From: Mustelus asterias
Taxonomy: Eukaryota
DNA length: 64,000 bases
Reading direction: 5' to 3'
Assembly: GCF_964213995.1 (NCBI RefSeq)
Contig: NW_027590137.1
Span: forward strand, 1,054,001 to 1,118,000
A model generated the notes under the pieces. It made no database searches. It saw only the letters and a list, made by a program, of their open reading frames with translations, and was not told the origin of the DNA. Position 1 is the stretch's first letter; each line of letters begins with the position of its first letter. Positions 35,561-48,770 of the stretch are shown piece after piece. Made by a program: the position numbers and the translations under genes.

Positions 35561-36524
35561 CCACTTGATATTGTCAAATACAAATATATCTTTTGTGGTC
35601 CATGATCAGAATGACTGGCCTGGCCGAGAATGGCTTACTCCTGTTCCTATTTTCTATGAAAATATATTTAAAAAAGGCTTATTTTAAATTACTTAACACC
35701 TTTCTTGAAATAGTGTGCACACTGTAATTACCACAATCATTTGTCAGTCTGGGAATTTAAACCTGCTGTTTCACTTTCAGTCAGGAGCACGTCCCAGTTT
35801 CACACTAATCTTTGATTTGATAGCACATTTCCAGCCTTCACCGTTGTTCAAAATTTTTGCAAACTCTTGGCAGCTGTGACGGAATTTGTAAAGACAGAAA
35901 CAGAGTCAATGTTTCCAGTCCAATATGACTCTTCAGTTCCAAAACATTAGCTCTGTTTCTGCAGAGATGCTACCAAACCTGCTGAGTTTTTCTAGCTTTG
36001 TTTTTATTTCCGATTTCCAGCATCTGTAATATTTTGATTTTCTTTCACAATTGTTCACCTAACTCGAAACATAGTTATAAAAGAGCCTTCTGTTCCATGT
36101 CTAGGAGCTCTGGACTATAGAAAAGAGCAGTTGGGACACATTTCTTACACACCTCAGGATTAACCCACTTTGCTGTCAGTGAAGAGAGATGAGAAAGTCC
36201 AAAGTGCTGTTTGTCCCTCTCAGTGTGACCCTATGGCAGGAACAGACTGCAGTTCTGTTCCTGCTGTGTGAACCTCCCCCAGATTGCCCTTCTGAGCTCC
36301 AGCCAGGCAATGTTAAACATTCAGCTGGGAAAGACGAACATCTGCAACTATGTATTCAAATATCACTGTTTTATTTCACATTTATTTAGAATATTAAACT
36401 CCAGTCCAGTTACAGGGATTATTAACATAATCAGAAACAAACTCCAAATATCAGAATGAACATAGTCCAGTCCTGAATGTGATTCACAGCAGCAGCAGTA
36501 ACAGCAGAATCCAGCCCCTGTAGT

Positions 36525-37215
36525 AACTTATGAACTTGCTGGTGTGTCAGAAGGTGAGGTAACCAAATGAATCTCTTCTCACATGGAATAGGTGAACAGC
36601 CTGTGAATGTGTTTGTGTATCAGCAGATACATTTTGCATTTAAATCTCTGCTCACAGTCAGAAGTTTGAAAAAGTTCCTTATCAGTGTGAACAAGTTGAT
36701 GTGCAGTGAAGTGGGATGACTGAGTAAATCTCTTGCTAAACATGGAGCAGGTGAACAGCCTCTCCCAGAGTGAGTGCACTGGTGGACACTGAGTTCACAT
36801 GACCAGCTGAACCCAGTCCCATAGTGAGAGACTCTGGATGGTCTGCTGTCAGTGTGAACCTGCTGATAGCACATCAGATTCATAGAAATTTTAAAACATT
36901 TCCCACACTCCAGACATTTGAAACACATTCCATCAGTGTGAACTCACTGGTGTGTTAACAAAACGAATGAATCAGTGAATTGCTTCCCACACATGGAGCA
37001 GGTGAATGACCTCTCCCTGGTGTGAACTCTCTGCTGTTGCTGCAGGATGGACAATCGCTTGAACCTCTCCCTGCACTGAGAGCAGATGAATGGAGTGGAA
37101 CGGACTGAATGCACTGGTGAACCATCAGTGAATGTGGGTTTTTAAAGCTCCTGTCACAGTCTCAGCATTTAAATCCTCTCTCTGCAGTATGAACCCACTG
37201 GTGTGTGTGGAGACT
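36525..37215 (-). pseudogene. Decayed C2H2 array (second subfamily)
   Basis: Finger remnants with frameshifts and lost ligands; family 3' tail at 36380-36525. Confidence 0.85.
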
Positions 37216-37474
37216 GGATGGAGAAAAGTGGAAGTTCGGGGCTCAGACAAGAGGGATGTTTAGAGACAGTTTGGCCCATTGGGCTAATGGAATGGAGCAA
37301 AGCAACAGAGACAGCTGATTGGATTATCTCAATCTTAGTGACAAAGTATTTCCATGAGCTCCTCACACTTGTTGTTGGATGTGAGGATGGAGGAAACGGG
37401 AGAGGGAGAGCCCTTCAAAAGGAACTGACTTGTATTAGAGTTATTAAAAATATTCACGATGTGAATATCTTTCG

Positions 37475-38720
37475 AACTTGATCGAGTTTTTCGAGGAAGT
37501 GATGAAGATGATTGATGAGGGTAGGGCAGTGGATGGTGTCTACATGGACTTCAGTAAGGCCTTTGACAAGGTCCCTTACGGCAGACTGGTGCAGAAAGTG
37601 AAGTCGCATGGGATCAGAGGTGAGCTAGCGAGGTGGATACAAAACTGGCTCGGTCAAAGAAGACAGAGGGTAGCAGTGGAAGTGTTTCTGAATGGAGGGC
37701 TGTGGCAAGTGGTGTTCTTCAGGGATCAGTGCTGGGACCTTTGCTGTTTGTAATATATATAAATGATTTGGAGGAAAATGTAACTGGATTGATTAGTAAG
37801 TTTGCGGACGACACAAAGGTTGGTGGATTTGCGGAAAGCGATGAGGACCATCAGAGGATACAGCAGGATATAGATCAGTTGGAGACTTGGGCGGAGAAAT
37901 GGCAGATGAAGTTTAACCCGGACAAATGTGAGGTAATGCATTTTGGAAGGTCTAATACAGATAGGAAATATACAGTAAATGGCAGAACCCTTAAGAGTAT
38001 TGATAGGCAGAGGGATCTGGGTGTACAGCTACACAGGCCACTGAAAGTGGCAATGCAGGTGGAGAAGGTAGTCAAGAAGGCATACAGCATGCTTGCCTTC
38101 ATCGGCCGGGGTATTGAGTTTAAAAATTGGCAAGTCATGTTGCAGCTTTATAGAACCTTAGTTAGGCCGCACTTGGAATATAGTGTTCAATTCTGGTCGC
38201 CACACTACCAGAAGGATGTGGAGGCTTTGGAGAAGGTATAGAAAAGATTTACCAGGATGTTGCCTGGTATGGAGGGCATTAGCTATGCGGAGAGGTTGGA
38301 GAAACTTGGTTTGTTCTCACTGGAGCGACGGAGGTTGAGGGGAGACCTGATAGAAGTCTACAAGATTATGAGAGGCATGGACAGAGTGGATAGTCAGAAG
38401 CTTTTTCCCAGGGTGGAAGAGTCAATTACTAGGGGGCATAGGTTTAAGGTGCGAGGGGCAAGGTTTAAAGGAGATGTTCGAGGCAAATTTGTTACGCAGA
38501 GAGTAGTGGGTGCCTGGAACACGTTGCCAGGGGTATAGTGGAAGCGGATACGGTAGTGACTTTTAAGGGGCATCTTGACAAGTCCCTGAATAGGATGGGA
38601 ATAGGCAGATATGGTCCCCGGAAGGGTAGGGGGTTTTAGTTAAGTCAGGCAGCATGGTCAGTGCAGGCTTGGAGGGCCGAAGGGCCTGTTCCTGTGCTGT
38701 AATTTTCTTTGTTCTTTGAT
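37475..38720 (+). mobile_element. 5'-truncated CR1 LINE
   Basis: YMDFSKAFDKV, QGSVLGP and FADD motifs plus the 3' tail. Confidence 0.93.
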
Positions 38721-38734
38721 GTTTAACACAAATC

Positions 38735-39006
38735 TAGAATACCTAGGTGCAGGAGGAGGCCATTTGGCCCATTGAGCATACACTGATAACAATCCCACCC
38801 AGGCCCTATCCTCGTAACTCCATGTATTTGCCCTGCTAATCCCCCTGACAATGAGGAGCCACTTAGCATGGCCAATCAACCTGACCCACAAACCTTTGGA
38901 CTGCCGGAGGAAATCCACGCAGTCATCCGGCATTCCAGGGCTGGAATTGAACTCGGGTCCCTAGCGCCGTGAAGCAGCAGTGCCAACAACTGTTACCGTG
39001 CCGCCC
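38735..39006 (-). mobile_element. HE1-type SINE, internally deleted
   Basis: Head and tail recognisable. Confidence 0.75.
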
Positions 39007-39089
39007 TGAGATGGAGTTTATTAACATCAGCAGAAACAGAGCCCAATGAATAGGGTTCATTTCTGAATGTAATTGATGGCAAAATCCAC

Positions 39090-40520
39090 TCACTTGTGAA
39101 CTCGCTGGTGTGTCAGCAGATTGGATGAATGAGCGAATCCCTTCCCACAAACAGAGCAGGTGTACGGCCTCTCCCCAGTGTGGACACGCTGGTGTATCAG
39201 CAAGTTGAATGAATGAGAGAATCCCTTTCCACATTCTGAGCAGGTGAACGGCCTCTCCCCAGTGTGAGTGCGCTGGTGCACAGTGAGGTGACATAATTCT
39301 CTGAATGCAGTCCCACAATCAGAGCACCTGAACGGTCTCTCCCCAGTGTGAACGCGTTGATGGGACACCAGATTGCTGGAAATTTTAAAGCCCTTCCCGC
39401 AGTCTGGACATTTAAAAGGTCTCTCCTCAGTGTGAACTCGTTGATGGCGTACCAGTTCCCCTGAACTTTTAAAGCATTTCCCACATTCTGGGCATTTAAA
39501 AGGTCTCTCCTCAGTATGAGTGCGCTGATGTGATGTGAGGGCAGGCGATGTCTTGAATCCAGTCCCACAGTGAGAGCACCTGAACGGTGTCTCATCAGTG
39601 TGAGTACGTTGATGGCACAGCAGCTTTGCAGAACTTTTATAGCACTTCCCACATTCTGGGCATTTAAATGGTCTCTCAGTCGTGTGAACTTGCTGGTGTG
39701 TCAGCAAGTTGGTGGACTGACTGAATCCTTTCCCACATTTGGAGCAGATGTAAGGTTTCTCATGAGTGTGAACTCGCTGGTGTCTCTGCAGACTAGATGA
39801 GTGAGTGAATCTCTTCCCACATTGAGAGCAGGAGAATGGCCTCTCCCCAGTGTGAATGCGCTGGTGTACAGACAGGTTACTCGATTGCCTGAATGCAGTG
39901 CCACACTGAGAGCATCTGAAACGTCTCTCATCAGTGTGAATGCGCTGGTGTTTAGTTAGGGCATAGGATGTCTTGAACCCACTCCCGCAATGAGAGCATC
40001 TGAACGGTCTCTCGTCAGTGTGAACACGTTGATGGGACATGAGTTCCCCAGCACTTTTAAAGCACTTCCCACAGTCTGGGCATTTAAAAGGTCTGTCCTC
40101 AGTGTGAACTCGCTGGTGTGCGAGCAGGTTAGGTGACCTTGAGAATCTCTTCCCACACTCGGAGCAAATGAATGGCTTCTCCCCGGTCTGAACTCGCTGG
40201 CGTTTCATCCCACACTCAGAGGAGGTCATTGGCCTCTTCCCACTGTGAACTTGCTGGTGTCTCAGCAAGTTGGTTAACTGAGTGAATCCCTTCCCACAGT
40301 CAGAGCAGGTGAATGGTTTCTCCCCAGTGTGACTGCGGCAATGCATTTCCAGGTGAGATGGGGATTGGAATCTCTTCCCACAGTCCTCACATTTCCACGG
40401 TTTCTTCCTGGTGTGACTGCGATTGTGTATCGACAGGTAAGATAATCGGCTGAAGCCTCTTCCACACACAGAACACGTGTACGGTTTCTCCCCAGTGTGA
40501 ACTGTGCTTTTTTCTGCCAT
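39090..40520 (-). CDS. C2H2 poly-zinc-finger protein, 16 fingers plus 1 degenerate (second subfamily)
   Basis: Intact ORF with ATG at 40520 (MAEKSTV); acceptor region near 40626-40700 is homologous to 30889-30965. Confidence 0.94.
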   Translation of the reverse strand: MAEKSTVHTGEKPYTCSVCGRGFSRLSYLSIHNRSHTRKKPWKCEDCGKRFQSPSHLEMHCRSHTGEKPFTCSDCGKGFTQLTNLLRHQQVHSGKRPMTSSECGMKRQRVQTGEKPFICSECGKRFSRSPNLLAHQRVHTEDRPFKCPDCGKCFKSAGELMSHQRVHTDERPFRCSHCGSGFKTSYALTKHQRIHTDERRFRCSQCGTAFRQSSNLSVHQRIHTGERPFSCSQCGKRFTHSSSLQRHQRVHTHEKPYICSKCGKGFSQSTNLLTHQQVHTTERPFKCPECGKCYKSSAKLLCHQRTHTDETPFRCSHCGTGFKTSPALTSHQRTHTEERPFKCPECGKCFKSSGELVRHQRVHTEERPFKCPDCGKGFKISSNLVSHQRVHTGERPFRCSDCGTAFRELCHLTVHQRTHTGERPFTCSECGKGFSHSFNLLIHQRVHTGERPYTCSVCGKGFAHSSNLLTHQRVHK

Positions 40521-40966
40521 ATTCAAAATCTGATGATATTTACGTTGTGATAATAAGTTGTGCGACTGTCAGATCCAGATGTGATGTTTGGTTTGAATCT
40601 CCTGACTCCAAGCCCTCCCGAAACCCTGTGAAATTGATTTAAAACAGAAAAAAGGGAGTGAGAGAGAACCCACAAAAACAGGTTGTGAAATTGAGCTGAA
40701 TGAATCTGGTAATTTGTGGGGCCGGCACGAGGAAAACGTGACCATGAAAGCTGCCGGATTGTTGTAAAAACGCAACTGGTTCACTAATTTCCTTCAGGGA
40801 AAGGGGTGAGAAGGAGAAGATGGAAGAGACAGGGAGAGTCATAGCTACAATCAACCAGGACTTCTTTAAAATCTCCCAAACCCTCAACCTCTATCACTTA
40901 GAGAGACCAGGGTAACAGGAGTCTGTGAACATCATCACTGGCACTCGCACACTGTCCTGACTGAAG

Positions 40967-41440
40967 GTTGACCAGGATGTTGCCTGGTCTCGAGGGGGTC
41001 AGCTATGAGGAGTGGTTGAATGAACTAGGATTGTTTTCACTGCAAAGACGGAGGCAGAGGGGAGATCTGATAGAGGTCTACAAAATTCTGAAAGGCATAG
41101 ACAAGGTGGATAGTCAGACACTTTTTCCTAGGGTGGAAGCATCAATTACAAGGGGGCACAGGTTCAAGGTAAGAGGGGGGAAGTTTAAGTGAGATGTGCG
41201 GGGGGGAAGTTTTTCACGCAGAGAGTGGGGTGCCTGGAACATGCTGCAGAGGAGGTGGTGGAAGCAGGCACATTAGCAACATTTAAGAGGCATCTGGATG
41301 GGTACATGAATAAGGAGGGATTATAGGGATACGGACCAAGTAAGGGCAGAAGATACTTTTTGGATAATTTAGGGCACCATGATCAGCACGTGCTTGGAGG
41401 CCGAAGGGTCTATTCCTGTGCTGCATTTTCTTTGTTCTTT
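40967..41440 (+). mobile_element. CR1 3' fragment
   Basis: TRMLPGLEG...RGDLIEVYKI peptide and tail. Confidence 0.88.
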
Positions 41441-41749
41441 AATGCTTATGGCATCCAGTACTGGATGAACAGAAATTTCCTTTGTGAACTATCCAGATCC
41501 GAATGAATCCGGAGATTCTATCAATGTTGATGTGACGCTTGGCTTGAAATTCCCGTTGACAAATCCTCCCCCTCTAACTCCCTCAGTGCACCCGAACAGG
41601 CGCTAGAGTGTGGCGACTAGGGGATTTTCACAATAACTTCAATGCAGTGTCATTGTAAGCATACTTGTGACACTAATAAACAAACTCTAAACGCTGTAAA
41701 AGGAGTTTCAAAATCCATCACTGTCATTCCAGGACAGACATTCACAATC

Positions 41750-42085
41750 TCTCCTGCTGGCAGGGAGCATTGCACATGCGCATTGCTACACCTTGCCTCG
41801 GTAAAGATGGCGGCCGTTCTTCCGGGTTTGTCTCCGCGGGAAGAGGAGCGGCTTAGGACAAACTCGGAACTGGCCTGGAACCTTCTTAATCGAGGTTTGC
41901 AGCCTTCACTGGGTGTTTATGAATGCTTTCCGCCCTCCCTTTGCGCCAATCTCTCCCTCGGACACGTCACTTCCTTACCCGCCGCAAGGACAAGAAACAA
42001 GGAACTCCCGATCGCCAGCACTCCCACTGCGCAAGCTCAGAACATGGTCTGTACTGCGCCTGCGCGGAGTTCCTCTGTTGCCTGT
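41750..42085 (-). promoter_or_regulatory. CpG-island promoter/first exon of the 40-kb ZNF gene
   Basis: TGCGCCTGCGCG, GCACATGCGCA and AAGATGGCGGC motifs, ETS/CRE-like GGAAGTGACG, and minus-strand donor GGTAAG near 41975. Confidence 0.68.
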
Positions 42086-42091
42086 GAAGGG

Positions 42092-42270
42092 ATGAGGTGG
42101 AGATGCCGGCGTTGGACTGGGGTGGGCACAGTAAGAAGTCTCACAACACCAGGTTAAAGTCCAACAGGTTTATTTGGAATCATCAGCTTTTGGAGCGCTG
42201 CTCCTTCATCAGGTGAGCGACTCACCAGATGAAGGAGCAGCGCACCAAAACCTCGTGATTCCAAATAAAC
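42092..42270. mobile_element. Palindromic Penelope pseudo-LTR remnant with two back-to-back degenerate hammerheads
   Basis: Homologous to 18737-18830; arms at 42168-42217 and 42221-42270. Confidence 0.8.
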
Positions 42271-42386
42271 ATTTTCCCCTATTTTCTGTGGCTATGATTC
42301 ATCTTTCATTCCCTCACCCTGCAGTATAAATATCTCCCACTTTCTCTGCCTTTTAGCTTTGACAAAGGGTTATCTGGACTCGAAAC

Positions 42387-42727
42387 GGCATGGTGACATA
42401 GCAGTTAGCACTGTTGCCTCACAGCACCAGGGACCAGGTCCAATTCCTGGCTTGGGTCATTGTCTGTGTGGAATTTGCACGTTCTCTCCATGTCTGCATG
42501 GGTTTCCTCCGGGTGCTCTGGTTTCCTCCCACAGTCCAAAAGATGTGCAGGTTAGGTGCATTGGCCATGCTGAATTTCCCGTTTGTGTTCCGGGATGTGC
42601 AGGTTAGAGGGATAAGGGGGGTAAATATGTGGGGTTGTGGGGATAGGGCTTGGGTGGGATTGTTGTCAGTGCAGACTCGATGGGCCTAATAGCCTCTCTC
42701 TGCACTATAGGTATTCTATGATTCTAT
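42387..42727 (+). mobile_element. HE1-type SINE inserted into a MER6-like repeat
   Basis: Flanked by GAAAC on both sides; ATTCTATG tail repeats. Confidence 0.88.
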
Positions 42728-42986
42728 GAAACATCAGCTCTTTTCTCTCCTTACAGATGCTGCCAGAGCTGAGAAGATTTTCCAGCATTTTCTCTTTTGG
42801 TTTCAGATTCACAAATAGCTTATGATCATTCTTTTGCTTTTATCGGGTACAGGCTGGGACTGAATGGCCAACTATGAAATTAGGAAACAGATCACAGGGA
42901 GAATGTGTGGAGTCTGTATGGAAGTCACTCATTCTCCCCGTAACTGCATGGGTTTCCTCTGGGTGCTCCACTTTCCTCCCAGAGTC

Positions 42987-45960
42987 AAAGAACAAACGAA
43001 GAACAAAGAACAATACAGCACAGGAACAGACCCTTCGGCCCTCCAAGCCTGTGCTGCTCATGTGCCCACGAGACCATTCTTTTGTATCCCTCTATTCCCA
43101 CACTGTTCATGTGGTTATCCAGATAAGTCTTAAACAATCCCAGCGTGTCCACCTTAATCACCTTGCTTGGCAGTGCATTCCAGGCTCCCACCACCCTCTG
43201 TGTAAAATACGTCCCCCTGACATCTGTGTTGAACCTTGCCCCCCCTCACCTTGAACCCATGACCCCTTGTGTTCGTCACCTCTGACCTGGGAAAAAACTT
43301 CCCACAGTTCACTCTATCTATGCCCTTCATAATTTTATACACCTCTATTAGGTTGCCCCTCATCCTCCATCTTTCCAGGGAGAACAACCCCAGTTTACCC
43401 AATCTCTCCCGATAGCTAAGACCCTCTATACCAGGCAACATCCTGGTAAACCTCCTCTGTACTCTCTCCAAAGCCTCCACGTCCTTCTGGTAGTGTGGCG
43501 ACCAGAACTGGATGCAGTATTCCAAATGTGGCCGAACCATCGTTCTATACAGCTGCAACATCATATGCCAACTTTTATATTCTATGCCCCGTCCAACAAA
43601 GGCAAGTATGCCATATGCCTTCTTCACCACCCTCTTCCCCTGTGCTGCCACCTTTAAGGATCTGTGGACTTGTACACCTTTGTGTGTCTATACTCCTGAT
43701 GGCTCTGTCATTTATTGTACAGCTCCCCCTTACATTAGATCTACCGAAATGCATCACTTTGCATTTATCTGGATTAAATTCCATCTGCCATTTCTCCGCC
43801 CAATGTTCCAGCCTATCTATATCCTGCTGCATTCTCTGACAATGTTCATCACTATCCGCAACTCCAGCAATCTTTGTGTCGTCCGCAAACTTACTGATCA
43901 CACCAGCTACATCTTCCTCCAAATCATTTATATATATCACAAACAGCAGAGGTCCCAGTACAGAGCCCTGTGGAACACCACTAGTCACAGACCTCCAGCC
44001 AGAAAAAGACCCCTCCACTGCTACCCTCTGTCTTCTATGGCTAAGCCAGTTCTCCACCCATCTAGCTAGCTCACCTTTTATCCTGTGAGATTTAACCTTT
44101 TGCACCAGCCTGCCATGAGGGACCTTGTCAAACGCTTTACTAAAATCCATATAGACGACATCCACGGCCCTTCCCTTGTCAATCGTTTTTGTCACCCCCT
44201 CAAAAATCTCAACCAAATTTTTGAGGCATGACCTCCCTCGTACAAAACCATTCTGTCTATCGCTAATGAGATTATTCAGTTCTAAATGCGCATATATCTT
44301 ATCTCTAAGAATCTTCTCCAACAACTTCCCCACCATGGACATCATGCTCACCAGCCTATAATTATCTGGGTTATCCTTGCTACCCTTCTTAAATAACGGG
44401 ACCACATTTGCGATCCTCCAATCCTCTGGGACCTCACCTGTGCCCAGTGAAGAGACAAAGATTTCTGTTAGAGGCCCAGCAATTGCATCTCTCGCCTCCC
44501 TGAGGAGTCTAGGATAGATGCCATCTGGCCCTGGGGATTTGTCTGTCTTAATGTTTCCTAAAAAACCTAACACTTCCTCCCTTGTAATTGAGATTTTTTT
44601 CTAACGGGTCAACACATCTCTCTGAGACACTACCAGTCAACATGTCCCTCTCCTTTGTGAATACTGATGCAAAGTATTCGTTTAGGATCTCACCTACTTC
44701 CTTTGGTTCTAAGCATAATTCCCCTCCTTTTCCCTGAGAGGTCTGATTCTTTCCCTAACAACCCTCTTGTTCCTAACCTATGTATAAAATGCCTTAGGAT
44801 TCTCCTTAATCCTGTCTGCCAAAGACATTTCGTGACCCCTTTTAACTCCCTGTTCAGTTCTTTTCTACTTTCTCTGTATTCCTCCAGTGCGCCATCTGTT
44901 TTTAGCTGCCTGGACCTCATGTATGCCTCTTTTTTCTTTTTGATTAGACCCACAATTTCACTGGTTATCCACGGCTCCCGAATCCTACCTTTCCTATCCT
45001 TCCTCTTTACAGGCACATGCCTGTCCTGCAGTCCTATCAACTGCTCCTTACATGCCAGATGTGGATTTACCCTCGAACAGCCTCTCCCAATCAACAGCCA
45101 GCAAATCCTGCCTAATCCGGTTGTAGTTCGCCTTCCCCCAATTCAGCACCTTACCCATAGGACAACACTCAAGTTTTTCCATTACTATCCTAAAGTTTAC
45201 AGAATTGTGGTCACTATTTGCCACATGTTCCCCTACTGCAACTTTGATGACCTGACCGGGCTCATTCCCCAGTACTAGACCCAGTATTGCCCCCTCTCTC
45301 ATTGGACTGTCAACATATTGTTCCAAAGAACCTTCCTGTACGCATTTTATAAGTTCTTCCTCGTCCAGGCCCCCAGCCCTAAGCGATTTCTAGTCTATGT
45401 GAGGGAAATTAAAGTCTCCCACTACAACAACCCTATTTTTTCAGCACCTGTCCAGAATCTCCTTACATATCCGTTCCTCAACTTCCCGTGGGCTGTTGGG
45501 AGGCCTGTAGTATACCCCCAGCATAGTGACTGCGCCCTTCCTGTTTCTGAGCTCCACCCACAGTGACTCGTTACCTGACCCTTCCATATTGTCCACCCTC
45601 TGTACTGCTGTAATATGCTCCCTAACCAGCGTTGCTACTCCCCCACCTCTCTTAGCCCCTCCTCTGTCTCGCCTAAAACACTTATGCCCCGGAATATTCA
45701 GCTGCCAGTCCTGTCCTTCTTTTAACCAGGTCTCTGTCACTGCAACCGCATCCAAGTTCCGCGCAAGCATTAAGGCTCTAAACTCGTCTGTCTTGCCCGT
45801 GACGCTCCTTGCATTGAAGCAGATGCACTCCAGACCTCCAGGCCCACTGAGGTCATCCTCCCCCAGAATGGTCTTCCTCTTAGATAGCCTTGTCTTGGCC
45901 CCAACCTCATCCCCAGCCTCTATGCTTATTGACCTATTGTTCTTCCAACCTATTAGGTCG
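42987..45960 (-). mobile_element. CR1 LINE with nearly complete, frameshifted ORF2
   Basis: APE (ICFNARSV, ETWL) at 45441-45971 and RT at 43575-44573. Confidence 0.94.
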
Positions 45961-46887
45961 GTAATGATCACCTACCTAATCAGGGAGTACCATCTGTGTG
46001 TATATATATATAATATGGCAATGCACTGACACTCCTGATTCTGACTTTGTAACTGAAGCAATCTTAGGAGTGGAACTGAGTTTGTAAATAAAGGGAATCT
46101 GTTGAAGGGACACTGGTCTCTGAGGCGTTATTTCATGTACCACGTTTTGTTTAAACTCGTCCATGAGCTTTTGAGGTATATTGTTACAGACAGGGATGAA
46201 AACATGCTTTGTGACAATAAAGCTAAAAATAGTACATTTATTCATTAAGAGCACTGTCTCAAGAGGAGATTTTAGGCAAATCCTGATCCAACAACCTGCT
46301 CTGAAAACTCAGCTCACATTTGACAGCTGTGACAAATTCCACCCCAGCAGCCGAGATACTCCACAAAATCCTGAAACAATCAACAGTCAAAATAAAACAA
46401 ACCATAACAATCTAATAGAGAAAGTGAATTTGCCTGATCCCCCGTTGTGAACGGCTCCTTTATATAATTCCTAGATCCCGATCTTAACCAAAAATGAATC
46501 ATTTCTTCCAACGGCCATACTCGGTCAGTGTCCCAAGGTTTGGTGAAATCTATCCATTAGTTTGTGAGATAAATTATTTACAGCAGAATTATAGAGGGAA
46601 ACATTATCTCGATCTTCAGGGGCAGAGGGACTTTCAGCACATTGACCAGTCCCGATGTTCATTCTCAGCCAGCATTACAGAGGGAAAAGGGGTGGGATTC
46701 ACAGCTCAGCAAGTCAAAGTATCCTCTTTAAATGGTCAGGTCCCACAATGTATTCAGTGGCCTCTGAAGGGAAGCAGCCTGGGTTCACACTGGAAGTTCC
46801 TGTCCTCCCGCACTCAGCCGGCTTGTGCTGACTCCTGGTCCTCTGGACGATCTGTCCACAAGGATAGGAGCCTGTTAATTCATAAGG

Positions 46888-47305
46888 AAGCTTGCATTTA
46901 TATAGCGCCTTCCGCCTTTTGGGGAACCACAATGCATTTCACAGTCAACGCTTTCTGAAGATCGGCATGTGGCAGCCAATTTGCGCACAGCAAGCTCCCA
47001 CAGAAGGCAATGTGATGATGACCAGATCACCTGGTCTTACTTGTGGGATATTAATTGTGGGATAAATATCAGGCCCCAGGACAGCACGGAGTTACATCTG
47101 TCCTCTTCCAGCTGTTGCTGTTTGATCTTTTATGTCCGCCTGAGAGGGAGACAGGGCTCTCGGGTTAGTGTCTCACTCGAAACATGGTCGCTCTGCCAGT
47201 CCGGCTCTCCCTCGGTACTGGTACCGGGAATGCCAGCTCTGGTTTGGGAATTCAAACCCCTTCCCCCCAGCTCCTGACTCAGAGGCAAGAGAGATACCAA
47301 CTGTC
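46888..47305 (-). mobile_element. Degenerate Deu-domain SINE (SacSINE1-like)
   Basis: gcgctatataaatgcaag tail, gggagcttgctgtgcgcaaattggctgcc body and tRNA-like head. Confidence 0.6.
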
Positions 47306-47843
47306 ATGTCGTGCTGTACAGAATCAGCTAGCTGGTAATCCAGAATTGTGGAATGGCAAGACAGGAGGCCATTCAGCCCATTTTGTCTGTGCTAGCTCTC
47401 TGCAATAAAAATTCACACAGTGCCCATTTCCCCCACACCTGTCAATTTTTCCTCTTCAAAAAAATGATCCAATTCTCTATTGAAAACTATGACAATCTGC
47501 CTCCAAATTCTTTCATGCGTGACACATTCCAGCACATCTCCTTTGCACACACTCGAAAAATTCACATCTTTCCCCCAGTGTTGGGCCCATATAAACAGCT
47601 CCTATTGGAGTAGGTTCGGATTGGAAAGCAGGGGAGCTTATATTCAACTTGTTTTGAACCAGGATTAGACTGCACTGGGAGCACTGCCAACATCGGTGAA
47701 AGAACACCAGCCCACTGGAAGCCAAACTGAGAGACCGGCCAGTCCAGCAGAAAGAAATACTCCAACTCTCCCACTTTACCGACTGTCAAGATGAACATGG
47801 TTCAGTCCTGGATCTGATTAACAACAGAATCTAATCATTGCTT

Positions 47844-48770
47844 TCACTTGTGAACTTGCTGGTGTGTCACCAGACAGGATGACTGAGTGAATCCCTTCCC
47901 ACACACAGAGCAGGCTAACAAACTCTCCCCAGTGTGAACTTGTCGATGCCTCTGTAGGCTGCATAACTGACCAAATCCTTTCCCACACACAGAGCAGGTG
48001 AATGGCCTCTCCCCAGTGTGAATGCGCTGGTGTCTCAGAAGGGTGGATGAATCTCTGAATCCCTTCCCACACTCAGAGCAGATGGATGGCCTCTCCCCAG
48101 TGTGGACTTGCTGGTGCATCACTAGGTTGCATGACTGAATGAATCCTTTCCCACATTTAGAGCAGGTGAATGGCCTTTTCCCATTGTGAACTCGCTGGTG
48201 TGTCTGCAAGTGAGATAACTGAATGAATCCCTTCCCACATTCAGAGCAGATGAATGGTCTCTCTCCAGTGTGAATCCGCTGGTGCATCAGCAGGTTGGAT
48301 GACTGAGGGAATCTCTTCCCACACTCGGAGCAGATGAATGGCCTCTCTCCAGTGTGAACTCGCTTGTGTGTCAGGAGGGCAGATGAATCACTGAATCCCT
48401 TCCCACATTCTGAGCAGGTAAATGGCCTCTCCCCAGTGTGAGCCCGTTGGTGCATCAGAAGGTTGGATGACTGAGTGAATCCTTTCCCACATTCAGAGCA
48501 GGTGAATGGCCTCTCCCCAGTGTGAACACGCTTGTGTGTGAGCAGGTGAGATGAATTACTGAATCCCTTCCCACACTGTGAGCAGGTGAACGGTTTCTCT
48601 CCAGTGTGAATTTGTTGGTGTTTCAGCAGGGTGGATGACTGAGTGAATCCCTTCCCACACTGAGAGCAGGTGAATGGCCTCTCACCTGTGTGAACACGAT
48701 GATGAGTTTCCAGTGCAGATGGGGTGCAGAATCCCTTCCCACAGTCCCCACATTCCCACGGTTTCTCCAT
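47844..48770 (-). CDS. C2H2 poly-zinc-finger protein, 11 fingers
   Basis: Intact MEKPWEC...HQQVHK*; acceptor tttcacag near 49125. Confidence 0.94.
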   Translation of the reverse strand: MEKPWECGDCGKGFCTPSALETHHRVHTGERPFTCSQCGKGFTQSSTLLKHQQIHTGEKPFTCSQCGKGFSNSSHLLTHKRVHTGERPFTCSECGKGFTQSSNLLMHQRAHTGERPFTCSECGKGFSDSSALLTHKRVHTGERPFICSECGKRFPQSSNLLMHQRIHTGERPFICSECGKGFIQLSHLQTHQRVHNGKRPFTCSKCGKGFIQSCNLVMHQQVHTGERPSICSECGKGFRDSSTLLRHQRIHTGERPFTCSVCGKGFGQLCSLQRHRQVHTGESLLACSVCGKGFTQSSCLVTHQQVHK

